Below the pieces are notes generated by a model. That model saw only the letters and a list, made by a program, of their open reading frames with translations. It had not been told where the DNA came from and did no database searches. A stretch of 63,187 nt of DNA, filler included, from Chiloscyllium plagiosum (lineage: Eukaryota), in the NCBI RefSeq assembly GCF_004010195.1. It is 3 parts of one record of this genome, joined end to end, with 100 filler letters (N's around TTAATTAATTAA, not from the genome) between each part and the next. Parts side by side here need not be neighbours in the genome. Positions count along the whole stretch, not along the records: positions 28,501 to 58,670 come from NC_057711.1; positions 58,771 to 63,187 come from NC_057711.1; 1 more part is not named here. One strand, written 5' to 3'. Each line of letters starts with the position of its first letter. Within the stretch, counting starts at the first letter, position 1. Positions 50,901 through 62,844 of this stretch are shown in pieces. The translations under genes and the position numbers were made by a program.

Positions 50901-52261
50901 AAGTGTGAGATGGCAGAGAGAAGATGGTGGCATTTACTTTTGTGGAGCTCAGAAGATTATTAATGTTCTTGAAGCATTTCTGGGCATCTCTATTGAGTCA
51001 GGAAGCAGCACTGGCTCTTGTTGCAATTCCTGTCCTGACTGTCTGTCTGATGGCATGGCCTCCTTTGGCAGTCAGCAGAGAAGAAAGGACTGACCTTTTC
51101 TCCACCATCCATTCAAAGCAACTCCAGATCCCTGTCCTGGAAGCAGGGAGCTTTTCCTCTGACACATGTTTAGAGTCAGTCATCACTGTATGAGAGGTAG
51201 TCCTGTTTTGCCGCATGTTATGATGGCAAACCTTAACACTACATCACCAACAGATATATAGAATTTTTAATTACAGTACATGATTTTTAATAAGTGGCCA
51301 TACACCCAAGAATGACTGTGAATATGGATTCTGAACAATGTAATCCAGTGACTGTTTGGAAGACCTTGGCCTTCAGGAAGACGCTTGAATGTAATACTTT
51401 ATGGGTCCCATGGAAGCTTCAAACAGAAGGATTTCGAAAAGGTAGAAGTGCAAGGCAAACTTCAGACTGTGGACATATGTTTAAAGACAAGTTCATGTTT
51501 ATCCTTTCTGGAACATGCAATAAAGATGTTTAAAACCCAACTGAAACCCTGACCTTGTCTGTTAATGTACTAATGTGCTCATGTGAACTAGTGTCTTGTG
51601 AAGGTTAGAGCTTGAAGACAACATTTGAAGACACCTGTTCTGTGGATAAAATGAAAGATGCTTTCTTTCTCTCTCTCTCTCTCTATCTCTCTTCCCCCCA
51701 TGAGTGCTGCAGGCTAGACATCATCAAAAGGAAACAGGGCAAAAGAATTGTTGCTAACTTTTAAATCAAAACATCTCAAAGCCAACTGTTCATCTATCAA
51801 TATCAGTACTATTAGTATTGCCCAATGTAAAGGCCATAAAGTGTCAACGTCTATTATTCACAGAACCAAGAGACTGATTCACATATCTCAAATTTGTTTA
51901 TCATTTTTTAACTTTCGTCATTTTTGGATCCACCGTTCATTTTTAATTTGTGTCCACGTGTGTTAAATTTTTACTTCTTCTGATGTTGAGTGACCAATAA
52001 CTGCATTCTTTCTTTAATTAAAGAAGACTGGTATACAGTTGGGCCTTAAATATTGTGCCAATCGCACGTAAGATTGTAAGTGCCAGCAATGGCAAACACA
52101 TTTGCCTCGCTTGCTTCATGCTTCCCCAAGAAATGTGTCCAGTAACTCATTTGCATAATTAATCAGGCAAAAAGCCAACATACATGAAAAAAACTTTGTT
52201 CTCAGCTATGGGGGAACTCACTTGTTGCCATACTTTAGGTGCAATTGGGAAACTTCAGCCC
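47998..52261 (-). mobile_element. Decayed PIF/Harbinger-type remnant region with two Myb/SANT-like exons
   Basis: Minus-strand QRQDILFP...WSEVAIKVRAVSATWRNAQYCRENVN (~49770-49985) and APCFQDRDLELL...RDAQKCFKNINNLLSSTK (~50937-51165). Outer limits rest on weak inverted ends. Confidence 0.5.
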
Positions 52262-53309
52262 AGAGAATTTAAAAATATCAAGCAGTATTTCACAAAGAAG
52301 ATGATGATTACATTTGCTGATATTACTTTATGTCAAAACATATAATGCTCAAAGGAATCTCAGTTCTTTCTGAATTTTGTAAAATTATTAATTTTACAAA
52401 ATTGTACCTAAACATTTGACAGAACTTTCGTTTTTGAATTATTCTGAAACTTCTGATTCAAAGTAAAATGCAGCATATTAAAATCATGTCATCAAACCCA
52501 TATTATAATGAAAGAATATTGATCCTTTCATTTCCACACTGTAAGTAATCTAAAAAAAAACATGATGATATATTTTTTGTGTCATAAATGTTAATACATT
52601 ATAAGTAATAGTTGTTCCACCTAATTTAATAATTAAATTGCTGTTTTTTGGAACTTGCTAGCAGAACTTGGCTACCATGTTCCCTACATTGTCACAATGA
52701 CTACAGTTCCAAAATCCTTTATTACCTATATTAGGGCTTTGGGATAACTCAAGGCCATAAAAGATGGCTTGCAAGCACAGTTTGTGCCAGGACAGCAGTT
52801 TTTAGGGCACGTTTTACTGTTATTACTGTAGTGTAATTTGCGTACCTTTACATGAATTAAAGAGTTGTATTATTAATTAATTCTGATAAAAGTACTTTTG
52901 CATTTATATAGTACAAGTAAAATGAATAATTGATCAAATGAGGCTAATATAATGCAAATTCACAAATTTCTGGGATAATTCAGATCTTGCTTTATATTAA
53001 TCAAATAAACTGCTGCTCCATGATTTTTAAAAATAGTTATGTCAGGGCAATTTCACAACATGGATACTTTTGGATTCAAATTTAGTTAAAATTTGGTTCC
53101 TCTCTTCATATAATTGCTTCTCTGCTTACTTATCTCTATGCTTGCCCCAACATCTTTATCTTTCTCCTTCATTGAATTGATTACTACTCAGGCAGTGAAG
53201 ACAAAATTCAATCTCAACTTCTCTTGTCAATGTTTCTGCCTTAATTTGTGCAATTTGGTAACAAGGAATACCCACAAATACATTTGTATCTCTTATTTGG
53301 AATAAGGGA

Positions 53310-53655
53310 GCAATTCAGTAGAAGGTGCATTACAAAAATTCACCAAAATCCCTCAGACAGCATCTTCCAAACCTATTAACCATTACATCAAAAAGGATAG
53401 GGTGTAGATACATGGGGACAACATCACCTGCAAGTTCCCTTCCAAGCCACTCACCATTTGCTTTGGAAGTATATAGCTATTCCTTTCATGTTGTTGGATT
53501 AAACTCCTGATACCCTCTACCCAAAGCACCGTGGCTGTAAATGCAGATAATTGACTACAATGGTTGCAGAAGGGAATGCATCATCATCTTCTGGGGGACA
53601 ATGAGGAATGGCAATAAATGCTGGCCCAGCTAGTGAAGCTCACATTCCATAAATT
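53310..53655 (+). mobile_element. 3' end of the second LINE family
   Basis: Tail ggcaataaatgctggcccagctagtgaagctcacattcc. Confidence 0.65.
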
Positions 53656-53879
53656 TTAAAACTAATGAAGATGAGATTTATGCCAAATACTGATTTTCAT
53701 TCTACAATCTGAATAGAACCTTTAAACACTGACTGATCTAAGAACCTTGTCTTCAAAACCATGGACTGCAATGAGGAAGAATTGTTTTTAAAAACAGGGA
53801 TATACCAGGATTACTGCATAATTTCACAGTCAGGAATTTGATACCAAATGCAATCTCTATTTTTGTGCCTATGGTCTCT

Positions 53880-54965
53880 GCAATGTACAGCTAATAAGGA
53901 GCTGAGCAGTTGTTTTCAAGTGTAGCACTTGGGAAGAACCTCTAAAACAAATTGAAGACCTTTTTAAGCAATTGCAGAGTGCTGGTCTAGTGATCAATTT
54001 AGCCAAAAATGAATTTGCAAAAGCAAGAGTGACTTACGTGGACCTGTGGTTCAACAAGAACAGGTGTGGCAAAGGACAGAAAAAGTGAAGGAGTGACTAA
54101 AATTCCCGGGTCCTAAATGAGAAATCATCAGGTTTTGGGGAAGGTGGGGATTTTACAAGGCATTTGTGCAAAATTTCAGCATGATAGCTATATTTTAACA
54201 ATTTGTTAAAGAAATACACAAACACTTTATGATTAGCAGAATATCAAAAAGCATTTGAGAAACAGAAGGCAATCTTAGTAAATAAGCCAGTATTGGCGAC
54301 TCCTGATTTTTCTGGATCTTTGAAAACGTTGATGCTAGTAATTTGGGGATGGATGCTGTCTTGTTGCAGGATGATGAGGCATGGTGGCTCAGTGGTTGGT
54401 ACTGCTGCCTCACAGCACCAGGGACCCAGGTTTGATTCCAGCCTTGGGTGACTGCCTGTGGAGTTTGCACAATCTTCCCGTATCTGTGTGGGTTTCCTCC
54501 GCGTGCTCCAATTTCCACCCACAATCCAAAGATGTGCAGGTCAGGTGAATTGGCCATGCTAAATTGCCCACAGTGTGAAGTGCATTAGTGAGAGAGAAAT
54601 GGGTCTGGGTGGATTAATCTTCGGAGGGTCGGTGTGGACTTGTTGGGTCGAATGGCCTGTTTCCACACTGTAGGGGAATCTAATCTAATCAAAACCCATT
54701 GGAATACTTCTCTCAGAAACTGAACCAGTATCAGAAAAAGTACTCTATCATGGAAAACAAGATTTTGGGCTTTTTGTTAGCTCTTCAGCACTTTGAAGTC
54801 AGGGAAACAAGGAAACACTCATTTACATTGATCCTAATCCACTAACCTTCATTGAAAAGTTTAAGAATTGGACTATAAGATTGAGCCTTTTGTAGCAAAC
54901 ATTTAATGTAAACATAGTTAATATTAGTGGTAAAGATAACATGATTGGGGATACATTATCCCAAA
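53880..54965 (+). mobile_element. Gypsy/Ty3 RT-RNase H remnant interrupted by a SINE
   Basis: LQSAGLVINLAKNEFAK, PVLATPDF, VDAS..G.DAVLLQ, YFSQKLN..QKKYS, ISGKDNMIGDTLS. Confidence 0.82.
54378..54690 (+). mobile_element. HE1-like V-SINE inserted in the Gypsy RNase H
   Basis: Same family as 20570-20886; splits LLQDDE from the downstream YFSQKL segment. Confidence 0.87.
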
Positions 54966-55052
54966 AGTAAAACGCTAAAATATGTTAAAATTTAAGAAAT
55001 ATCTACATTTGTATTAAGGAGGGGAGAAGAAATAAGTCATAAGTCTTGTTCA

Positions 55053-55747
55053 CCTACCACCCTACCAACCTTCACATAAACCAAATCATCCGCCAACATT
55101 TCCGCCACCTCCAAATGGACCCCACCACCAGGGATATATTTCCCTCCCCACCCCTNNNNNNNNNNNNNNNNNNNNNNNNNNNNNNNNNNNNNNNNNNNNN
55201 NNNNNNNNNNNNNNNNNNNNNNNNNNNNNNNNNNNNNNNNNNNNNNNNNNNNNNNNNNNNNNNNNNNNNNNNNNNNNNNNNNNNNNNNNNNNNNNNNNNN
55301 NNNNNNNNNNNNNNNNNNNNNNNNNNNNNNNNNNNNNNNNNNNNNNNNNNNNNNNNNNNNNNNNNNNNNNNNNNNNNNNNNNNNNNNNNNNNNNNNNNNN
55401 NNNNNNNNNNNNNNNNNNNNNNNNNNNNNNNNNNNNNNNNNNNNNNNNNNNNNNNNNNNNNNNNNNNNNNNNNNNNNNNNNNNNNNNNNNNNNNNCCCCG
55501 CCCCCGACCTATCACCTTCATCCCCTCCCCCACTCACCTATTGTACTCTATGCTACTTTCTCCCCACCCCACCCTCCTTTCACTTATCTCTCCATCCTTC
55601 AGGCTCTCTGCCTGCATTCCTGATGAAGCGCTTTTGCCCAAAACGTCGATTTTACTGCTCCTCAAATGGTGCCTGAACTGCTGTGCTTTGCCAGCACCAC
55701 TCTAATCTAGAATCTGGTTTCCAGCATCTGCAGTCCTTGTTTTTACC
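55053..55747 (+). mobile_element. 5'-truncated Penelope-like element spanning a 340-N gap, ending in a pLTR
   Basis: 16-bp TSD tcataagtcttgttca at 55037-55052 and 55748-55763; TYHPTNLHINQIIRQHFRHLQMDPTT; decayed hammerhead motif at ~55620-55647. Confidence 0.85.
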
Positions 55748-56205
55748 TCATAAGTCTTGTTCAGTCATGTGTTACATGTTTATAATGAAATGCATTTTTA
55801 AAAATGGTACTTCATTCCCTTAAGGACAGAGGCATGTACTTTTTTAAAATTTCTGTGTCTTTAAAATCTGTAGATTGCAATGAGAAAGCTTCTAAAGACA
55901 GGGATTTACCAGGATGGCTGTATAGTTTAACAGCAGGAAATCTGATATCTATTGTGAATTCTGTTTATGTGGCTGTTGGTAGCTGCAATGTGCAGATAGT
56001 CAAGAACTGTGGAATTCTTTACAGGTGAACTTAATTGGTTCTCAGCTAACTAAGCAGGTTAGAACTGGGAACAAGTTACAGAGACACACACACACAGTAA
56101 AAAAACCAGAAGACTGCAGGAGAAATCACACCTTGGCAGATTGTAAAATTTGAATACAATAAAACTTGGAATTATAAAAGCTTGTATAATGGTGACCATA
56201 TAACC

Positions 56206-56241
56206 ATTCCTGAAGAAGGGCTTATGCCCGAAACGTCGATT
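56206..56241 (+). ncRNA. Minimal type I hammerhead ribozyme motif
   Basis: CUGAAGA (56210-56216), extra A, stem II GGGC-UUAU-GCCC, GAAAC, GUC triplet (56235-56237). Confidence 0.68.
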
Positions 56242-56333
56242 CTCCTGTTCCTTGGATGCTGCCTGACCTGCTGTGCTTTTCCAGCAACACATTTTCAGCT
56301 CTGATCTCCACATCTGCAGCCCTCACTTTCTCC
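56209..56333 (+). mobile_element. Solo Penelope pLTR insertion
   Basis: 14-bp TSD accatataaccatt at 56195-56208 and 56334-56347. Confidence 0.85.
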
Positions 56334-57849
56334 ACCATATAACCATTGTCAATTGTTGGAAAAGTTATCTGATTCACTAATGTTCTTTAGGGAAGGAAAT
56401 CTGTTGTTCTTCCCCAGCCTGTATAGACCGCAGGCCCATAGAAATACAATTGATTCTTAACTGCCCTCTAAAATGGACTAGAGAACCAATCAGTTAATGG
56501 GCAATTAGGGTTGGATAACAAATACTGGCCTTGCCAGTGACACCCACATCCCATTTGAAAATTAAATAACTCTGATTTGACCAATCTATCTTTACCTACT
56601 CTGTAATCTGTACTTACATATGTACAATCTTCAAAAGTACTTTTGTGTGGAAATTGGTGCTTTTGTTTTATTAGTTTACCTGGATCAGTTTAAGTACAAT
56701 AAAGCTAACCTTTTTTTGTTAAACACTAGAAAAACTGGTCTATTGTATTTTTCATAATCTCACTGTGTACATTAATGTGTAATCATGTACTAATGCTCTA
56801 GTGGATGCATTCAATTGACAAGTACATTCTTTTCAAACAAAAAAACCTATTGTAGTCATCGAAGATAGGCAAATGATGGGAATTATTCAATTCCTCTTCT
56901 CCTTAATATGACAACATATTTATTTTATGATTTGGAGCTAGAAACAAATCTTACTTTTATCTGGCAGTTATACTCTAGATTAAAGCTTCCAAGTTTATAA
57001 TGATACAAAATTTGTGTGAAGTTCAGTCATTGTAAATCAGTTGATTGGTTGAAACCAGAACATTGCCAGAGATTTGTTTATAAGAACTAAAAATACATTT
57101 GAAATTTGGAAATGGTAGTTGTTATGCAACTCACAGTTTTCACAATATATCACACCATTTTGAATTCTTTGTTACACTTGACATGTGTTGAAAGTCTAGT
57201 TTCCTGAATCCTTTCTTAATGATTTTTGTCATTATACCTTTATATGAGGATTTTTTGCTTGAGGCTGCTAACTTTGCTAAATGTCATTGTCAATTATGTC
57301 CCCTTTTCTCTTGAAGCCAATAATTGAAGTTCACTGAGCAAGAGACCCTTTTCACCCGCCAGGTGAATCTTCTGCAGGTTGTTAAAGCTTTTCTTGTTAG
57401 TTCCTCTAAAATCACATGTCCTGCATGTTTTCGGAGTTTTGTTCGTGGTTGTCCATAATTTTGTCATGTACAATCTTAATTTCGGTCTGATTTGTGATGA
57501 CCAAGAAAATTCATTTTGGGCTTTAGTTTTAGTCAGTTCATTGTAATTCTCCATTTGGCTTGATACTATGTTGTAATTTGACACATGGATTAGCTCAGTA
57601 TACTTGGAGTGGACATGGATATGTATTTTTCATGGTGAAATTCCCAAGGTGGAGTTATAAATACCTAAGCGAATAGATCTCTAAAAGCAGGATATTGTGT
57701 GAAAAATAATAAAAGGAACTTTTGTAAATGAATTGATACAGAAGCAAGGAAGGATGTGACAATGAATCTATATCAGACATCAATTGAAGTACTCTGTGAA
57801 GATTTCAGCATCTCATGTCAGAAAGGTTGCTCACACTATATTTATAGAA

Positions 57850-58102
57850 TTCCAACAGTATGGAAGCAGGGCATTCGGCTCGTCAAGTTCATACTGCCCT
57901 TCCAAAGAGCATCCCAGACCCAACCCATAACCCTACATTTCCCACGACCAACCTATCCTGCACATCTTTGGACTGTGGGAGGAAACCGGAGAACTTGGAG
58001 GAAACCCACGCAGGCATGGGGAGAATGTGCAAATTCCACACAGACAGTCGCCCAAGGCTCAAATCAAACCGAGGTCCCTGGTGCTGTGAGCCATTGTGCA
58101 GC
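57850..58102 (-). mobile_element. HE1-like V-SINE
   Basis: Reverse complement of the V-SINE core. Confidence 0.8.
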
Positions 58103-58670
58103 CTTATTTAGAGAATTTGATTAACCATATTAACTAGAGAAGAAAAACAAAAAGAAAATTTGCAATGATTATATATATGTGATGATATGCTTTTAATGTT
58201 GTTGTGGTTCTGTTCGCCGAGCTGGAAGTTTTTGTTGCAAACAAAAACTGGCTAGGCGACATCATCAGTGCTTGGGAGCCTCCTGCGAAGCGCTTCTTTG
58301 ATGTTTCCTCCGGTGTTTATAGTGGTCTGTCCCTGCCGCTTCCGGTTGTCAGTTTCAGCTGTCCGCTGTAGTGGTTGGTATATTGGGTCCAGGTCGATGT
58401 GTTTGTTGATGGAGTTTGTGGATGAATGCCATGCCTCTAGGAATTCCCTGGCTGTTCTCTGTCTGGCTTGCCCTATGATAGTAGTGTTGTCCCAGTCGAA
58501 TTCATGTTGCTTGTTGTCTGCGTGTGTGGCTACTAAGGATAGCTGGTCGTGTCGTTTCGTGGCTAGTTGATGTTCATGTATGCAGATAGTTAGCTGTCTT
58601 CCTGTTTGTCCTATATAGTGTTTAGTGCAGTCCTTGCATGGGATTTTGTACACTACATTAGTTTTGCACA

Positions 58671-58770
58671 NNNNNNNNNNNNNNNNNNNNNNNNNNNNNN
58701 NNNNNNNNNNNNNNTTAATTAATTAANNNNNNNNNNNNNNNNNNNNNNNNNNNNNNNNNNNNNNNNNNNN
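58671..58770. other. Assembly spacer (N-run containing TTAATTAATTAA)
   Basis: Same construct as 28401-28500. Confidence 0.9.
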
Positions 58771-59034
58771 CCTGACCTGCTGTGCTGTTCCAGCAATAAA
58801 GTTTCAACTTTGATCTCCAGCATCTGCAGACCTCACTTTCTCCCCAGAGAACAGCCAGGGAATTCCTAGAGGCATGGCATTCATCCACAAACTCCATCAA
58901 CAAACACATCGACCTGGACCCAATATACCAACCACTATAGCGGACAGCTGAAACTGACAACCGGAAGCGGCAGGGACAGATCACTATAAACACCGGAGGA
59001 AACATCAAAGAAGTGCTTCGTAGGAGGCTCCCAA

Positions 59035-59074
59035 GCACTGATGATGTCGCCTAGCCAGGGGACGAAACGTTTGC
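59035..59074 (+). ncRNA. Minimal type I hammerhead ribozyme motif
   Basis: GCA-CUGAUGA-U-GUCGCCU-AGCC-AGGGGAC-GAAAC-GUU-UGC: stem I GCA/UGC, stem II with one mismatch, palindromic AAACGTTT in place of stem III. Confidence 0.72.
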
Positions 59075-59331
59075 AACAAAAACTTCCAGCTCGGCGAACA
59101 GAACCACAACAACGAGCACCCGAGCTACAAATCTTCGCACAAACTTTGAAGTGTGTTTCTCATCACCCTGGTACTTGGTCATCTGCACTGGATCCGAATT
59201 AAGCAACATCTTGAGATTAAGGTTCTCAACCATGTTTTCAAGTCCCTTCATGGCCTTGCCTTTCTGGTCTCTGATCTCACCCAGCCTCTCAACCCTTTCA
59301 GACTTCTATGTTCCTTTGCCCATTCTCCAAG

Positions 59332-59682
59332 GGGAGGTGATGGCCTTGTGGTATTATCACTGGACTGTTAAACGAGAGACGCAGATAATGTTCTGGGGAC
59401 CCAGGTTAAAATCCCGGCATAACAGATGGAGGGATTTGAGTTCAATAAAATGTTAGGAATTAAGAATCTAATGATGGCCATGAATCCATTGCTGATTATC
59501 AGAAAAAACCAATCTGGCTCACTAATGTCCCTTAGGAAAGGAAATCTGCCATCCTTACCTGGTCTGGGCCTACGTGTGACTCCAGACCCACAGTAATCTG
59601 GTTGACTCTGAACTGCCCTCTGGGCAATTAGGGATGGGCAATAAATGCTGACCCAGCCCGCAACACCCTCATACTGTGAATG
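59332..59682 (+). mobile_element. tRNA-head SINE sharing its 3' tail with the second LINE family
   Basis: tggccttgtgg and ggttaaaatccc A/B-box-like motifs; tail gggcaattagggatgggcaataaatgctg shared with 53595-53650. Confidence 0.65.
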
Positions 59683-60016
59683 ATTTTTAAAAAATAAGTC
59701 AATCACCACATCATTGAGAGTTTCCAGCTCCCAAGTTCTGGAATTGCCTCCCTACACCTTTTTGACCTCACCTTTCTCCTTTATTGACTACTGTAATCCA
59801 ACCCTTTTGTCAGCTAACTGAGAACTCATTTGACTTGGTGTCATACTTTATTTTATAATGCCCCAGGTAGTGTCTTTAGAGTTTTTTATTGCATCAAATG
59901 CATTGTATTCATTTTCTTTAATCAAGTTAATTCCACAAAAAAAAATTACCCCACATAAAAGCCATTATCCCCTCTCAGCACATTTCTAAAATAAAAGATG
60001 AATGTTAACACATTAC

Positions 60017-60239
60017 CTCACCATTACTGCCTCCAGGAACAAAGACTTCTGCAGCCACTTCAACAACAGCATTCATGGCAGGCTGCAAATCACCAATGGC
60101 ATGGCCCAGAATATCTGCCACAATGACACTTTTTGCCTTATTCATCACCATTTCCCGAGCATTGTCCTGTAAGTATTTCAGCAAACTTGGAGAGACAGCT
60201 GCCAGTAGTTCATGCTGACGAATATCTGAATCCTTCTTA
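60017..60239 (-). CDS. PUM3: Pumilio homolog 3 (Puf-A/KIAA0020), internal exon
   Basis: cag/gtaatg flanks, 223 nt, open; (S)KKDSDIRQHELLAAVSPSLLKYLQDNAREMVMNKAKSVIVADILGHAIGDLQPAMNAVVEVAAEVFVPGGSNGE aligns with recalled human SKKDTEVRRRELLESISPALLSYLQEHAQEVVLDK...GDVQPTMNAIA...PGGKDGE. Confidence 0.9.
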
Positions 60240-60809
60240 CTGGAATAATAAATAAAAACTTAAATATTTTGACTTCATTTCTGGTAGCAATGCATTTTCA
60301 GAACACTTCAATAAGCTCTGCAGAAGTTACTTTTGTTTTTAATTTTAGTATTTAATTTTCAATTCCCAAATTTATAAAAAGCACCAAATGAGAATGTGAT
60401 TCTATTGTACCTCATCCTCTTAGATTAAATATAATACAATTGAATACTATGTTTATCAGAAAGTGATGGGCAAATAAAGATTAGGTTTTTGATCAATTCA
60501 CATAAAAATAACAAGTCTAGTGTAATTCTAGAATCACAAACTATTTGTCAGTAACATGTGAAATGACAACAATGATAATTCAATTCAAAGAAAAAGTGCT
60601 AAAGATGTCAGGGACTACATTTACTACATTTAATAATTGCAAAATTTGTAACCTTGGTTGCGTGTTTGCAGATTTTGATCAAAACAACCTTCACAACCAT
60701 GTTAGCCTCCCTTAAAAACCCACACTTCATGTACTCTGGAGTTTAAGAGTCTCTTCCTCCTCAAAGAACGAGAAGACCCTTCTCTCAGTTCAATTCCTAC
60801 CATAAGTTA

Positions 60810-61930
60810 ATCAACCAAAGTTAGCATGGGCTTCAAGAAGGGGAAATCATACCTAACAAATTCATCAGATTTCTTTCAGGTAATAACTAGGACAGATGAA
60901 GGGAAACTACTAGTATTTAGATTATTAAAAGGCATTTTAGAAGGCTACTTAAAAAGAGCTCATGCTGTTTGGGCAGGGGGTCAGGATACTGTATTAGTAT
61001 TTTTAGAGAATTGGTTTACCAATACAAGTTAGGATTAATGGGGCATTTTCAGGATGGATCTCTAACTAGTGGAGAGCCACAGGGCCACAGTTATGGACAA
61101 CATATATTAATGAGTTGATGAAATGTATGTACTAATGCCAAGTTTGAGGATAGCAAAAATAGGTGGGAGGGAAAATGGTGAGGGTGACACAGTTCACAGA
61201 GGTTAATGAATGTGCAAAAACTCTGTAGATGGATAATAAGAATAGAGGTGATGAATATTAAGTTAAGAAAACTGCAGTGCCAAGGGATTTTGGGACCATC
61301 ATGCATGAATCACAAAAATAGATGGCATACAAGTTCAGCACAATGGGGAAGGCAAATGGAATGTTGGCCTTTATTTCAAAGGTAAGGGAGTAAAAAAAAT
61401 GTGTTGCCCACATCAAGAAAACGATAAAGTTTTGGTCCCCTTATCTCAGAAGGATATACCGGCATTGGACGCAGCCCAGAAAGTTTCTTCAAGTTCGGGA
61501 TGCACATTTTCTTATGAGAAGAGGTCAAATAGATTAGCTCTGTTCAGTGCACTTTAGAAGAGTGAAAGTCAACATGACTGAAATATTAAAGATTCTTCGG
61601 GGTTTGTCACATTCGGTGCTGAGAGGCGGCTTCCAGTAGGAGCCGAGCGTATAATCTCAGAACAAGGTGGTCACTCATTTAAGGCAGAGATGAGGAGGAA
61701 TACTTCTCTCAGAGGGATGCGAATCTCTGGAATTCTTAACCGCAGAGGGCTGTGGAGGCAGTGTTGTTAAGTATATTTGTGACTCAGAGATACAGGTTTT
61801 TAATAAGTAAGGGACTCAAGCCTTGTGGGGAAAAGGCAGGAAAGTGCAACTGAAGATCACCAGATAAAATATGATCATATTTACTAGTGAAGCAGACTCA
61901 ATAAACTATATCCCACACCCATGTCTCATC
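60810..61930 (+). mobile_element. Heavily decayed CR1-type LINE
   Basis: QHGFKKGKSYLTN at the start; WNSL-type 3' region near 61720-61760. Confidence 0.7.
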
Positions 61931-62844
61931 TCTGTGCTTGACCAATGCTCATTTTATGCTGAAAGATGCAAGTTTTAAGGAAAAGGAACCATATAACATT
62001 CATAATTGCATGCTTTGTGCTCTTACCATCTTTAGTACCTATACTTTTACCCCAACTGGATAGACAACTACTCAGACTGGGAGTATCCTTCCTGTTCATG
62101 CTAAAAAATAATTAAATCCCTTATTTGCCCTCCTAAGGTTTACCCAATACAATAGTGAAAATATATGTTGATAGAAAATATGATTATTGAAAACACAATC
62201 CTACTGAGAGCAAAGGAGAGGAGCAAGAAGATAACTGCATAGATATATCCAATATATTGAAAAGCATCCAATTCTTTCTTTAAATTCATCAACTTTTCTT
62301 GTTCCACCAGTGATTAAAGCAATCTTTTAATTAACCATTATTAGAAAAAGATTTGTTACTCAAGCCCTTGAGTCAATGGGAACCAGGGGCACATTGGAAG
62401 TCACACACAGCCCAAAAGAAAGACAGTCGCGATCTCAGGTACAGGACACCACTGCAGGAGCTCCTAACAGCAGTATCTGAGTCTAAATCTGCTTCAATGA
62501 CCTTCCTTCCATCAGGAGGTCAGAAGTAGGAATGCTCCCTGATGCTTCCACAGTATCAGCATAGTTCATGGCTCCTGAGAGACTGAGGCAGTCAGTGTCC
62601 AACTGCAGAACGACCATCATCCAGAAAGAGCCCAACCATTGCTCCTTGACATTCAATGGCATTCCCATCACAAACCCCTGCTACCAATAGTCTGGCACTT
62701 ACGATTGACTAGACATTGACCAGCCGTATAAATACTGTGGCTGCAATAGAATGTCAGAGGCTGGGAATTCTTCAAGTAAACTAAACCCTGATACCTCAAA
62801 ACCTGCCCAGCATCTACAAGGCTTCAGTCAGTGGTGTGATTGAA

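Larger units (their letters stand above)
58198..59148. mobile_element. Penelope-like element of a different family: GIY-YIG ORF end with inverted pLTRs across a gap
   Basis: ORF 58252-58653 (-) YKIPCKDCTKHYIGQTGR...AREFLEAWHS; 58198-~58460 is an inverted repeat of ~58845-59113. Confidence 0.88.

Noticed and set aside
57294..57584. 96-aa ORF downstream of the PUM3 exon; a HAGHV motif occurs in another frame
   Set aside because: Does not match the expected PUM3 exon (HPAGHLVLKW) and lacks supporting splice sites.
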